A DNA stretch of 63,029 nucleotides, the filler included, from Stramenopiles sp. TOSAG23-2 (taxonomy: Eukaryota): NCBI GenBank assembly GCA_900128395.1. It is 7 parts of 7 records of this genome, joined end to end, with 100 filler letters (N's around TTAATTAATTAA, not from the genome) between each part and the next. Parts side by side here need not be neighbours in the genome. Positions count along the whole stretch, not along the records: positions 1 to 27,376 come from LT649419.1; positions 27,477 to 54,672 come from LT649420.1; 5 more parts are not named here. One strand, given 5' to 3'. Shown one piece after another: positions 25,601 to 36,900 of this stretch (its first letter is position 1; the number at the start of each line of letters is the position of its first letter). The translations under genes and the position numbers were made by a program. The notes beneath the pieces were generated by a model, which made no database searches, had not been told where the DNA came from, and was given only the letters and a program-made list of their open reading frames with translations.

Positions 25601-25969
25601 TGCAAGCTAGAAATTTGCATCTCTTTACCAACTACGTATCCATTGAGGGCGGTCGAGATATCATGTCGAAAACGTACAGGAGTAAAGCCAGAAATTTGGC
25701 GTCGCTGGGCATTACAAATACGCGCTTTACTTTCTTTACATAACACATCCATATCTGCAGGTATTGTGAAATTTTGTGAAAATGTAGATAAAGAATTTTC
25801 AGGTGTGGAGCCATGTCCTATTTGTTATTGCGTAATACATATTGTGGATCGAAACTTACCACGTATATCGTGCAAAGTTTGCCATAACAAATTTCATTCA
25901 AGTTGTTTACATAAGTGGTTTAGCAATTCTCAGAAAAGTACATGTCCGCTTTGCAGATCAGTGTTTTGA
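19613..25969 (+). CDS. LTN1: E3 ubiquitin ligase listerin (ribosome quality control)
   Basis: N-terminal GFIGFGAF and KKDEITKLKS motifs, HEAT-like body, RWD (LPTTYPL), and C-terminal RING FSGVEPCPICYCVIH..LP..CKVCHNKFHSSCLHKWF..STCPLCRSVF. Confidence 0.95.
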   Translation: MPKKKQQQRRAKGVTVASSTSAFNTLKNEGISNQGFIGFGAFANDNNNDYSDDNNNSSNNNDTAIAKQQQNSPAFRKNKNKSSNNNVKTSLTPFYQGDNSKLKIIFKGITKKDEITKLKSVQELMNLLPSCARPDLARALPHFAYLYIKNIKSNNRRLRYHLNYVLCHFASLRFTKIFKKIFSDLILSWYTACFDSYELSATYARIGFKIAVSSILGHQEDKMQSKNNNTIAKAAILKEETIDFGNHFFLNQQNNNHNFFKQVINQLFKKLYKYLISSPKDFSDAEDDQTAIEMRYERTVSMALNGFLYGLKSLDLKFSNVDNGDKNDFEIKELYKSKKFWKLSTLFHYKKIHIAFFQLNHGILKKYGNRLSSYQREMGVTFLAKGLKIGGGKGNNTVTSIGQDNFIAVWDVVLLYLKTFQATYYKNVDLKKTFYPSLWKLIDNNFYGHTRLCCKNMVIICSFLPTSDLTNIDKEMNALELRNKDPRFELLSRLIKSTTMKHSSNSSSSSTTALNSIQINIGKSVLECVLYLFKWFHGKMDASNTMSTSIYNSGISSLIEEALLPMIDIFVVNNDKNNQSGNVDLLIVILEKLNLMGLREEIESIINYILEKCTSDISFGTILKCISKTATLKELNCIKTFAYEIFSTVLNLQLKDDDNTKKKVFPTAAVIAYSKYDIKNISKNVEVEIGNILNKIICNNISNGQGKIFHSICSIYNMSLEHINNVDKKNQCIKAIMKTIFKQTMENSYNNISAVNIAIDIFKTYPANNILTEFIKDLLLMYNPNMQQKGQINHLKWKSHKIEFLSNCLNFYIISDTNDNNKIEGGNSSSIINTIETYIEMMNKFWYDLMLSTDGTFSNIEMESNALALFQFVDSAYCALLNNRKTMTIENGTINDTLPKFYKSKLFKAIVQIFPYIYTTQLIGTSMLKNTKRSKITIYAEDLYGKYQTKLLPQLWMIYLKVQNVDSERKQLPMFCNELYVNSLKEIWKLKDIQNKSTNATLSMYDFCNQFVDVCLVSTDTVDPDQLGIMSLLDHLNIFNQDFWILNSSGDNMTSGFSTKNSETFTNCLAAFINRLGISTILMGVYNSDNETWNEMGEAVLEQKDGKTIHALAHLLYSFELKLLNAKEKNMNNSVSLLLEKCYEKVLKPFFSHGGNNNIGSSLPELFHKHFKSIVSEIISILVSSALSPNTTMWEAFVCLKASERVIQYLFGSSGKSKHGEESIAIGVDQITISESNEDDSIEISNKKNETEEKEEVQSEDQKQNDTKDLFKKGDAVRYIHKNGKFEAAVILQVHPDEDEGRPYFSIRLSSGNEKQTEQERLQPLASYVNPSKQKRRKEPDGNTKDLDKNSNSGSKKNKKSSVDYYRKRRERRKLERKQSMKMAEDHDARLKLTWKENDIAQLMAKLVNTMTNSIILVDSIDIDDNIIEKALLISTFHLSINKILEPLLPTFENIEYEIGVLDEIEDLVLKNEAENLSQNFRSKMPIALLHLYSLFVGKSIDPKRFGKLFPKIQKLTGTVLKNSGKADTNLSFDSLLQIRVQSLLSYKLQSTYLLHNNDDSAATDDECTGLETSLKLVQATFKISYDELDVITLNLAFHGVDEILYAISDYTNKNICKIMEKEENIDTILNIFVKLMRLQIIFHNKAKEYLRKRLIDVLNRFIDVFTRGILPLNFLKAGELIEDDTLLLTFMDLMVETSSPKIQIFAFYIISNEYKSKINSDVCLIFARKLGAVGDYTGTRPSREKELGFFLLWHLLLRFPTTLHNMCADDQDDNDIVALIETLNANMLELSCFNLNVFDTNKVGISGYNNSINCNKYFGARHLKEQVEGGATLVKAESLVNENSNEENPMASSNSNNNTLYNDNVIHVLDIKVMIHYFSRYYDSFSLVAAKSQTIMSLYTLMETVLKLPNIVRKWWKDMKRGDNDRFAQFMSTSITPAIISREISQCKSSITNTLFSKDNNNVEENYDEDEDEDTLTITGSVVSRDIIAEYVKKDCKLEICISLPTTYPLRAVEISCRKRTGVKPEIWRRWALQIRALLSLHNTSISAGIVKFCENVDKEFSGVEPCPICYCVIHIVDRNLPRISCKVCHNKFHSSCLHKWFSNSQKSTCPLCRSVF

Positions 25970-26214
25970 GAGAGTGTGTGTGAGAGATATTATGGTTCGT
26001 ATTCAAAAATAAATTAATGCGTAAATTTTAAATTTTATTATTTTTTTATTATTATGATACTCGTATGCATATCATACAAACGTGTGTATAATACGGTTCG
26101 TATATATTTGCTTTGAGAAGCGCGTAAAAAATGCTCGGGACCTCTTTCTCTCTTGCATCTTTACAGTTGCATATATCTTTTGAATGGATCTCTTCAGAAA
26201 TTTCTCCATCATTT

Positions 26215-27057
26215 TTACATTTTTGCAACAATTTCATTAAACGCTTTCATACCATACATAAATGGCACAGCTATCCAGACAGGATTGCAACCCAAGAAAG
26301 CAAACCAATAAAAAGCGATCTGATCATCAAATCCTTCATCGCCAGCTTTCAATAGACCTTTTGATACTGGATAGTATCTTGGTGTATTCTCCATACCATC
26401 GAACCATTCCGAACCCATGAATATGATGGTACCAAATGCATGGGATACAGCTAATGCCAATTCAAGTGGTGCTCTGCTTGGTAGATCTTGAACGTATGCA
26501 CGAAATAAAAAGAAACAAGCAATAGAATCCAATACTTCAAGCCAGGTCAAAATAAAAATATACCCTGATTCATGTGGACAATCTTCACCTGGACTTTGCA
26601 TAAATTTTTCAACACATCCATACCTTTTATCCATTTTGAAATAATTGATTCCAAGCGTATCTTCCAATTTCAACGTACCGACAGCAAAGTCCATTAAAAA
26701 ATGGAATACAATACCGTTCAATAAATACCAATAGCATGCTCTTCTTTGCTCTTTGGATAATTTTACAGTTTTTCCATTGTGGGCCCAAGTCCAGACACAA
26801 TATGTTAAAACATAGCAGAAGATAAGTATTGGAGAAGTAGCAAACTTGACAAACTTCATAATATCACCATCTTTAATTGCTGGTACAAGTGCACAGAAGA
26901 AAAAAAATATGAACGTTGGATCTGTATAAAGTTCACTGATATCCTCCAATAGATATTTCTTTTCGTTTCCTTTTTTTTTGGACGTTGTTTTTTTTTGTGC
27001 CGTTGCAGCAGCTGCTTTTTTTGATGGTGTTCTTGAACGTGTTTGTCGACGTGCCAT
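26215..27057 (-). CDS. EXPERA/emopamil-binding-protein family (sterol delta8-delta7 isomerase-like) membrane protein
   Basis: WYLLNGIVFHFLMD, YFKMDKRYG, WLEVLD and YWFAFLGCNPVWIAVP match EBP-family motifs; multiple TMs. Confidence 0.8.
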   Translation of the reverse strand: MARRQTRSRTPSKKAAAATAQKKTTSKKKGNEKKYLLEDISELYTDPTFIFFFFCALVPAIKDGDIMKFVKFATSPILIFCYVLTYCVWTWAHNGKTVKLSKEQRRACYWYLLNGIVFHFLMDFAVGTLKLEDTLGINYFKMDKRYGCVEKFMQSPGEDCPHESGYIFILTWLEVLDSIACFFLFRAYVQDLPSRAPLELALAVSHAFGTIIFMGSEWFDGMENTPRYYPVSKGLLKAGDEGFDDQIAFYWFAFLGCNPVWIAVPFMYGMKAFNEIVAKM

Positions 27058-27376
27058 ATTTTTTTAAGTTGGATTGATATATTTTAATTATTATGTATAT
27101 ATATATATTATACAAATAAAGTTGTTTTTTATGATTTGGTATTGTTTTGGCGTTATTTCTTTGTGTTTTCTTTTATCTACATAAATGTTTACGATACATA
27201 TGTATTTTTGTATATGGTGTATATATATAATATTTTAATTTGTTGTGCATGCCCGCATGGATTTGAACTTACGGTGTGGTATTGCTACCTATAATGCAGT
27301 GTTATTTTTTTTTTTTTAATAAAATTTTTCTCCCCCTACACTATACTGTACCTGGTAAAGTATGTGCAAGCCCTTA

Positions 27377-27476
27377 NNNNNNNNNNNNNNNNNNNNNNNN
27401 NNNNNNNNNNNNNNNNNNNNTTAATTAATTAANNNNNNNNNNNNNNNNNNNNNNNNNNNNNNNNNNNNNNNNNNNN
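27377..27476. other. Artificial contig spacer (44N-TTAATTAATTAA-44N)
   Basis: 100-nt linker with stop codons in all six frames; identical at six places in the window. Confidence 0.98.
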
Positions 27477-27663
27477 ATATTTATGAGTAAATAAAATCTT
27501 TTTAAATTTTAAGTAAGAGAATTTTTTATATATAATGACCCATACATAACAGATAAGATCAGGAGGATCAGTAAAAAAAGTACTATATAATAGGGTGTAC
27601 ATATGTAAAAGTACAATATTTATTTAGTTTTCTAAAATCTATACATTTATACCACTTTAACAT

Positions 27664-28329
27664 TATATGACCCCGTTTATCTGAGAGGGAGCTTCCAGTT
27701 GTAAAATAAAATTTTAGTATACTAATAAGTACAAATTACACATATTTTACTATCAAATCTCGTGCATTATAATTGAAATATTTATACATTAATATATATA
27801 TACATATATATATACTACTATTAATATTGAAATAATAATTAGTCATATGACAATAAAAAACAAGTTTTACCTTTACATGTATATATGTATATATGTGTAC
27901 GTATTATTATCAGTATTTCTTAATCATTTACTACACAACAACAAAATAATACACGTAAAAAATAGAGAACAACATGTCCTCATTATCATCTACTACATTT
28001 TCACATCCGCCAATGCCTAATATTGAAGCTGCACTTGCAGCCCCTGAGTTAGAAAGTAAAACAGAAAGTGAAATGACACAATGGTGAAGTTGTACATCTA
28101 TTTAAGTAATCCATCACAAAAACAATTTCATTTCATGCATTTTCACACTTTCCCATCATATTTACATGTTTTTTTTTATTTTTTAATTATGTTTTTTTCC
28201 CCTCAAATATTGGTTGAAATCTCTGGTCTAAGTACGGAGTAGTTGTATACTAGAAATATTTACCTATATAATATGTTATTTGACAATATTGGCTTTTGAA
28301 GCTCCCTCTCAGATAAACGGGGTCATATA
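27664..28329. mobile_element. Non-autonomous DNA transposon / MITE with perfect 32-bp terminal inverted repeats (including flanking TA)
   Basis: TATATGACCCCGTTTATCTGAGAGGGAGCTTC at 27664-27695 and its exact reverse complement at 28298-28329. TA at both outer ends; AT-rich interior with no long ORF. Confidence 0.85.
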
Positions 28330-29271
28330 TATATTTCTACTTTTTATTGAAAAACATGTGTTTTGTTGTTGAAAATGGTAGGTAGAAATAAATTAATACA
28401 AGATAAAACATATACATAGAAAAACAACTTCATTTTATCTGCGTAGTTACGATATGAATACGTATGTTTTTTTTTTTGCAGTAGTACGAGGAGTGGGATA
28501 GGAGTAATTCACGATTACCCTATTGTCAAATCTCAATTTCTATTTCAAGTACACATTAACATTAGTCATATTTGATAGAAGAAAAAGAAAAACCGACCGC
28601 AGTTAAAGTTTCTGCCAGTTTCCACGTTTCCACAACACAGCTTTTCATGACATTTTTTCCTCTGTGCTATCCAGCTATACCAGGTATAGATAGTATTATT
28701 TGAATAATAGTAGCGACCCATGATGTGTCCTTGCTGTGTTCCTATTTCCTTAATATTCTATGATACCTGATATAGCCTGGCCTTATAGCTCTAGCTGGAC
28801 AGCAACAAGCAACAATGTAATAGTATGATGTATGATTGTATGATAGTATGAAAATATGAAAATAGTCTTTGCACCTTTCTTCTAGCCAGCTAGCACATTA
28901 GTATGATATAATAACTACAATAGTATTATAGTATTAATACTAAATATTGCTGTGCATGATGAAGAAAAAAAAAACAACGTCTATATTTCTAATATTGCTG
29001 GAGTCTGCATTCATTTTTGTAATGCTATTGCCTGTAAATATAAGTACCTCCTCCTCAACTCTAAAACTAACCAGCTATAACAACAACTTTACCACCAGTG
29101 CACCAGTGTAGTATTAGTAGTTCGCAAAAATACTACTACAAAACAAAAAAACCCCATGAAACCACCATTATATACTATACTATATGGAAGTATTGAAAGC
29201 ATAAAGAATTAAAATAGACACATATACATCAGCGCATTCCTCCGAAATCCACAAAATAATTTATAATAACA

Positions 29272-30312
29272 ATGCCACGCTCCGTTTTAGCACAACAATA
29301 TCAATCAAAAACGAAGAACTTGTCTAAACAAAGTGTACGTTCAATTTATAATGTTGAAAATCAAATAAATACTATTAATAATAATGCAAAAAAACGAAAT
29401 AGGCAACGTAGTAAATCACCCCATAATAGAAGAAAAGCAGCAAAAGATCCAGAAGATGAAGAATTAGATATGAATGCATTGGCAGAATACGTTGAAGAAT
29501 TGAAAGAATATATGCATGGGAGTGGTAGCAATGGTTCCGTCAGTAGTAGTACAAAAAGTTATATTAATAGTAATAGAAGTATTCGTGCCTCTGCTGCAGC
29601 TGCATTGAAGGAAAATAATGCTAGATTGAATACAAAATTTAACAAAAACGATAACAATACGAAGAAGAAAAAAATGTCGGTGCATGAAATGAGTAAAGTA
29701 AAAAGAAAAGTATACACCGCATTAAATAGAGCTGATATTGCTATACAACAACAAAGGGAGAAAGCAAATATACCAGGTATATCGTCTCCAACTAAAAACA
29801 GTCAAAATAGAAAAAATAATAATAGTGTAACCAATAGTAATAATAGTCAACGACAGCAGCGAAAAAAAAACAATGCTCGTGTAAGTGCAGGCAGTTTAAG
29901 ACCAAGATTACATAGGCAACATATGAAAAAAAAAATTAATAATAATAAAAATAGAAGTAGTTGGAATGATGCATTAAATAAATTAACAGCAGAAAAGATT
30001 GCTTGGTTTGAAACCGTAACATATGTAGCGCCAGGTAAATCAGGTCGTTTGAAAAAATGTTCGGCTAATCGTGAAATTGTAAACGATGCATTTGCTGGCG
30101 ATCCATATGCTGGATTTAGAACTCAAATATTAAATTTGCCTAAACCAAATAGGAACGTAATTGCAAAGAGAATGATAAAAGCAAATGCTGCAAAATTTAA
30201 AAAGCGAGGAAAAGTTAATAAAGTTAGAGGTAGAGGAAAGAAAGGATTTGGTGCTGGCCATTCTAGACCAGCTTTACCAGGCCACCCTGGATACGTTTCT
30301 AGTGGTATTTAA
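29272..30312 (+). CDS. Hypothetical basic, low-complexity protein
   Basis: 346-aa ORF with coding-like composition, K/R/N-rich. No family recognised. Confidence 0.65.
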   Translation: MPRSVLAQQYQSKTKNLSKQSVRSIYNVENQINTINNNAKKRNRQRSKSPHNRRKAAKDPEDEELDMNALAEYVEELKEYMHGSGSNGSVSSSTKSYINSNRSIRASAAAALKENNARLNTKFNKNDNNTKKKKMSVHEMSKVKRKVYTALNRADIAIQQQREKANIPGISSPTKNSQNRKNNNSVTNSNNSQRQQRKKNNARVSAGSLRPRLHRQHMKKKINNNKNRSSWNDALNKLTAEKIAWFETVTYVAPGKSGRLKKCSANREIVNDAFAGDPYAGFRTQILNLPKPNRNVIAKRMIKANAAKFKKRGKVNKVRGRGKKGFGAGHSRPALPGHPGYVSSGI

Positions 30313-30950
30313 TAACATAGTGTGTTTTATAATATCGATATAATAATATATATTCCTTTCATGTAATTGATGAATGTGTATTTTAAAAACATTTTTAATA
30401 TTACTTAATATTTTTATATACAAATTTAAACATAACTAATCAGCGCGGCATTATTTTATATTTATATCCTAATACAACCATATGGAACAAAGCGTGGTGA
30501 TTATATACGTAGTTATGTTTTTATTAAAATTAAAAAAAATAAATATGCATACATCATAATATAAAAAATTATAGGCATGATATATAGTGGAGAGGATGAT
30601 TTCGACCTACGTATTTTGTACTATTAAGACTATCATTTATACACTCCTAGCTCCTAGCATAATTTTTTTATTCGAAATGGCAATGCTGTGTGTATGTACG
30701 ATGATGATATGTTACGATGATGATGATCGCGAGAGAGATGAACACACGTTAGTAGATTACCGTTGTAATAATAATACTTCGATCCAATAATAAAAATAAA
30801 TAGTTTTAGACGATATAGGAGAAAGGCAATGCAAAGGGAAACAAAACAATAATATCAAAAGAACAATATCCAAGTGTTTGTAAATATAGTAGTAAATTAA
30901 TATATATATATATATATATAGAATTATATACATACTAGATATAAAACAAG

Positions 30951-33900
30951 ATGGCGCCTGTGAACAGACCGCCTGGATGGATATACCATGCGTTATGGAA
31001 ACATCATGCCTCTGAACGATGTCGGGTTTGTATCCCAGACACGTTATTAATAAGTGAAGGTACACCAGTTAGATGGTTATTTACTTCTCGGACAGGAGAA
31101 GTTGTGCGTAAACGTGCGATTGATATAAAATCCGTCAGGGAACGTTTTGTTAAAATAGGTTTATTAGATTCAAAAAATGAACGACGTTATACAGCCATGT
31201 GCCGTAGAAAAACAGATAGTAGTACAAAACCGCAACTACTGGATGCGGCTGAGTTAGGTCCTTTTATGGCTAGAGAAATGGCATCTGACCCAAACTTAAT
31301 AGCAATACAATCATATGTACACGCGAAAGGTGGGGTTGGTGTGGTTTATAGGAATGAATATACAGTAACTAATGATATGGGAAAGGTTGTTACTGCGACA
31401 TATAAAATCACGCGTTTTACAGAGGATGGTGAAGAAAAAGTGAGTGAGCCAATTATTAATAAAGTGACGCGTTTAAATAAAGAGTTAGATGTAAATACAC
31501 GTGCAATAGTACGGTTTATTGAAACACAACATCGTATGAAAATTTTAAAATTAACAGGTGAATATATAGTTGATGCGGATCATCGGGTATGGTTTACATG
31601 GGCAAATAATATTGTCACTACTTCTGGCGCGGAGGCAGTTGATTTGCGTTTAGTGGAGGGATTACAAGGAATGCCAAGAACACGTAAAGGGGAAGAAAGT
31701 GCACAAGATAAAGCACGTGCAGAGCATGAGAAACGTCGGCGATTACGAAGAGCACATAGGGCTCAAATCGCAAATGAACGTGAGCGATCGCCACCTAGAG
31801 ATGCATTTGACGACCAAGAAACGGTAGAAATGCAATTAGGAGATGCTATGCGTCTGTTAGAAGAGGAGGAACATCAAGATATGTTTGGTAAAAGCTCCCG
31901 TAGTGGCCAAGCATCAACCATAAGTAGTAAACATAGTAGAAAAAAAAATGATCATTTTCATGTAAAAGCAATGACAAAACGAGAGAACAGAAAATGGTGT
32001 CCTGGAGACTATTGTGACTTTCATATTGAAGAACCGGATTCGCTATATGGCGAGGAAAAGAAAAGTGGTTCCGGTGGAGGTGCAGAAAAATTATTTTCCA
32101 TCGCAGAAAGAAGTAGATTAGCAGATAGACTTGGTAGCTCCACAGCGTTGGATGATATGTTAAAGCATCAACATGGACATGGACGTACTGGGGATTCATT
32201 TTCTTTGACTTTTAAATCAATAGCTCTTGCTCGACGTGAAAAACGTGGTATACAACATCAAGAGGGAATTGATGAAAATGATCTTTTAGAGATAGAAACA
32301 GGTGTATCTAGAAAAACAAACGCACAACGTTTTAAAGAACACGAAGTGAAACGTAGAAACATGGGATTAGAAGGTGGTGCAGCTAATTTTTATAAAAGTT
32401 GTAAGGTGTGTAGTCATTGTTACGTTGTTTATAGTACATTGGATCGTGCGCGTGAATTATTGCGTATGCGTGAGGATGAGGCCAGAGCAGCAAAAGCTGC
32501 GCGTCTTATGGCATCTTCAAATGTACCATTATTAGAAGACATGTCATCTCAATTTGATGCTGATGTAAGGGCAAAAGCACATGCTATGGGTGGCGATACA
32601 GAAAATTTAAAATTTGGTGTACATACAAATCGACGCCCACAAATGGCTCAGAAACAACATGATCCAAACGATATGATAAATCCAAACAATCCTTCTAATT
32701 TACTTTTACCATCTGTCGCAACGGTTGAAATGGGAGGCTCTATTGAAACATCACCAGTAGGAATAACAAAAAAATCAACTCAAGCAGCTGAGCAGGAACG
32801 ATTGGCTCGTAGTCAAAGCATGCCATGGGGTGGCGCGGAAAGTACAGCATTAAGGAATCCAAAAAATAAATTAAGGGAGCGCCGTAGGCAAAGAGCGTTA
32901 ACGAAAGGTAATGCTAAAATGGATCGTTTCGAGGGGCTTGAAGAGTATATTCGTAAAGATACAAAACAAGAAGTGAAAGAGGAAAGCTTAGCCGAATCAA
33001 GCATTGATGATGAAGATGTAAATAATATTTGGAAAGAAGATACTGCTAATGTTGAAGATCACGGTGTTGTTCTTCTTGTTGATGAGGAGCCACCTACACG
33101 TACGCATTGTCTATCCGTTTTAGAAAACAATTTTTTCGAAGTAGATGTTGCAACAGATGGTCTTCGTGCACTAGAAATGGTTAAAGAACGCAAATATGAT
33201 GCCATTTTAGCCTCCAGAGCTTTACCAGGTATCGACGGCGTAGAATTAACAAAATTGGTACGTAAAATGGAAGCGGATGAAGAAGCAGCGTTACCACCGC
33301 CAAAATTTGGTGAAAAACCACGTAAAGTTCAGCGGGTTCCAATGATTGCTTTCACTGACATGGCATCTCAAGAAGATTTACGTTTGTATATGGAAGTTGG
33401 CATGGATGGTTGCGTAAGCAAACCTTTGAATGAACAAGCATTGCTAGCTACTATGGCAGCTGCTGTCCCTCATCATAAAGGTCCTACACAACGTCGTTCG
33501 CCGCAAGGTTTAAAACATAAAGGTAGCAGTACTGGTGGTGGACGCCATCAACCAAACTATCGTGCACCGCAAGGTGGGCGCGGTGGTGATCGATTGCGAG
33601 CATCAACTACTAAGTTAAAAATGGCATCGTCCACATCAATTGTTAATAAATCCTTAACGTTGCCGGTACCCATGATAACAGCCGTTACCGGTGGTATTTT
33701 TCAAATGGATGCTGATACAGCAATACCATACACTGTTATTGGTAAACGCCATGAAAATTCACGTCTATTTAATTTTGTTATTTGTCAAGATTTATTTGAT
33801 ACCTGCGAGACTATGCAGATCTTTTTCCGCCCAATTATATCGAAGTATCCAGGAATGCAAGTGTTAGTATGGAATTATCCTGGTCAAGCATTTTCTGAAT

Positions 33901-36900
33901 GGAGAAAAGACGTGACATTAAATAATAAATATCTTGCAGGTTGCCTAGATGCATTATTAAGACATCTTGGTGCAGATGGTACTGCAGAATTTCGGACGGA
34001 TGGTAGTCCATTTTATCTCGTCGGTTTTGGAAATGGTGGGAACATTGCATCTTATTTTGGTTGCCATTACGCGTCAAGTGGGCCATTTTCAATGTCTCTA
34101 AGAGCTATCTTGTTGTTGAATGGATTTTCATATGTTGGGCCGCATCTTGCTGGTGTATTACACGATTGTATGAACGTATTTGCATGCTCTCCAGCAAATC
34201 GACCGGATTTACCAGTATATTTTTGGACAAGATTTCTCTTCTCCGCGTCATATTTAACGCGTGTTTCGGCGCCATTAGCATTAAATTTATACACGGCTGT
34301 CCATAACCCAATTACATTAGAGGGTCGAATTCAATTGTGTCAAGGTGCACTTGCCAATACAGATCTACGAACACCATTACGAAATTTACATTATCCATTG
34401 ATTGCTGTCCATTCAGCTCAAAATGGGTTGGTAAAACCAAGTCATATTGCTGCTATTGTTGACTCACGTGGTGGAGAAGTACGGTCGTTGCAAAAAGCTT
34501 TAAAGTACCGGAAAAAAGTATGTGTCATTTGGATGAAAGCGGGCCATGAATTGTTTCAAGAATGTAGAAAACCATTATCTAATTTAATGGAACAACTTGC
34601 AACTGGTTTTCATGAAACACACGATGTTTCATTCTTTCCACAAAATGCCGGCCCTGGATCTACCATTAAAACGATGAATGGTGGAAGCACCGGTCAATTA
34701 AATGCTTTGGTTGATCAATCTATTCTAAGCGGTGGTATTAGTGCTTCCATGTCTGGAAATATTGGTGGCTTTGGTGGTGGTAGTATGAAAAGCCCAAGCT
34801 TGAATTCTGGTAAGAAACAAGGAGTTCGTACAGCACAAGCGCAAGGAGAAATGTTTGAAGATAAATTTATTGATAATATTTTAGGAACACTTCATGATGT
34901 ACGTCAAGAGAATGGTGCATCTAATAATCCATTTCAACCATCTGTGGAAAATGTTAGAAATCGCGCTGAAGATCTACAACGCCAACAACAGGAACAGCAA
35001 TGGCAAGATTACCAAAGAAAAACGCAAAGTAATCTTGCTCAAGCAAGCACGGGCTCTTTGCCAAGGCCAACTAGTGGCTCGACGCGGCGTAAAAAGACTA
35101 GCTGGGATAGAGACAGACATGGATTAGATGCAAAAAGTACGCTAGATCCAGCTCATCCTTCATTTGAAAGGCGTTCTAATCGTGTATATTCAGAGGGAAG
35201 CGGCTCAAAGATTTATCCTGCCGATTTCCCCGAAGTGAAGGAGTACATGCGTTGGCGTGTGCAGCGTAACATGAAGCGGTTAAGAAAATTGACTGCAGCA
35301 GCTGAATGTATACAAAAAGCATTCCGTGCCTTTATGGCACGAACAATGGTACAACGTATGCGTGAGGAACGCGCGGCTCTTTTTGTTCAAAGGAATTGGC
35401 GTGGTATGATGGGTCGCCGTCGATATTGGGCAAAGAAGAAGGAAGAATGGGCTGTAAGATTGTTACAAAGAAATTGGCGTGGTAAACAAGGACGTGAATC
35501 ATTTTTGCAGAAGAAAAAAGAAAGAGCAGCTGCAATTTCTGTCCAAAGGGTATTCCGTGGCCGCTTAGCGAAACGGCGTGTTAACAGTATCCGTGCACGG
35601 CGTGAAAAATCTGCCATATACGTCCAAAAGGCTTTTCGTGCTAAAATGGCGCGTGAATATGCTTTTAGGCTACGGGAACAACGCAATGCAGCGATTGAGT
35701 TACAACGTGTCTGGCGTGGTTGTTTAGGTAGAAGAAGGGCTGCATTAGAACGGGATAAATATTTGTTTTCGAAAGCGCAATCGCAAGGTATTGAATTTGG
35801 TCGACAAATGCTTTTAGAGCATAAATTACATGGTACTCGATTGCAATCAGAGGTAGCATTATTAACTCGTGAAAAGGTCGAATCAGAAGATCAAGTAGAA
35901 GCACTTTTAAAAGAAATAGCACAATTTGAAGAAGGTGTTCGACAATTAGAAAAAGAGATGCATGAATTAAGTAAAGTAGAGACGGAGGCTAAAGGTGTGT
36001 TGGATGAAGACGCACGGGTTGAGCTACGTGAGCAAAAAATGCGTCTTGATCGTGAATTTTCGATCATGTTGCAAAAAATTGCTGATCGCAAAGATCAATT
36101 AACAAATTTAGAAGCAAAACTTCAAACTCTAGATAGACATCGACAAGCAAAGGAGGAAGAATTGCGAGATTTAGAAAGAAAACTTGTTGTTTTATTGGAG
36201 GAGCAACAGAAGGAATTAGAACAAATTAAGCAAAGGCAAGAAAGGCGGGGTGAACGATTTATTTCAGATGATCCAAATGCTGGTGCAATTATTGCTGCTG
36301 GAATTGGTGCCGCACCAGAAAATGGTGAGGGTGGCGGTGGTGGTGGCGGAGGTGGATTTAAAGGCCCATCACCCCAACAACAACAACAAGCTGCAGCTTT
36401 GATGCAATCTACTGAGACATTAATGAAATTTGGATTTATGTCTATGTCATTGACATATTTCAGTAGTTTAAACATGATTCGTGCAATGCGTGCTACTGGT
36501 GCACTGGAAACACTTATGGCGGGAAAGGCAATGTCAGGCGGTCCATTGGCATTAATATCAGAAGGTGGGCAGCCTGGTGCAAAAATGGCTGGTTTGGGTG
36601 GTGCGAATTTCAAACCTGGATTGCGTAATGGTCAATTACCTGGACAAGAAGAAGAGGATCCAAGAGCATGGAGTGTTGAAGATGTAGGTGAATGGTTATC
36701 ATCTTTGGCTTTAGGGCAATACCGTGAATCGTTTGCTGATGCAGCTGTTGATGGTGCATTCTTAATGGATTTGAATGATGCTGATCTTCGTAATACATTA
36801 GGTATTGACCATAGTTTGCATCGTAAGAAGATTATAAATTCCATTGGACGCCTGCGTCAGCAAGTACAAATGGATCTTATTGCTAGTGGACAAGCGACAG

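Noticed and set aside
27421-27432. TTAATTAATTAA motif recurring six times as a biological element or piggyBac site
   Set aside because: Always centred in exactly 44+44 N; it is an artificial all-frame-stop linker. Gene neighbourhoods across it carry no meaning.
33063-33465. Bacterial contamination or a two-component operon suggested by the receiver domain
   Set aside because: The domain is fused in frame to IQ, SAM and ankyrin domains in a contig of clearly eukaryotic genes, and there is no histidine kinase in the window.
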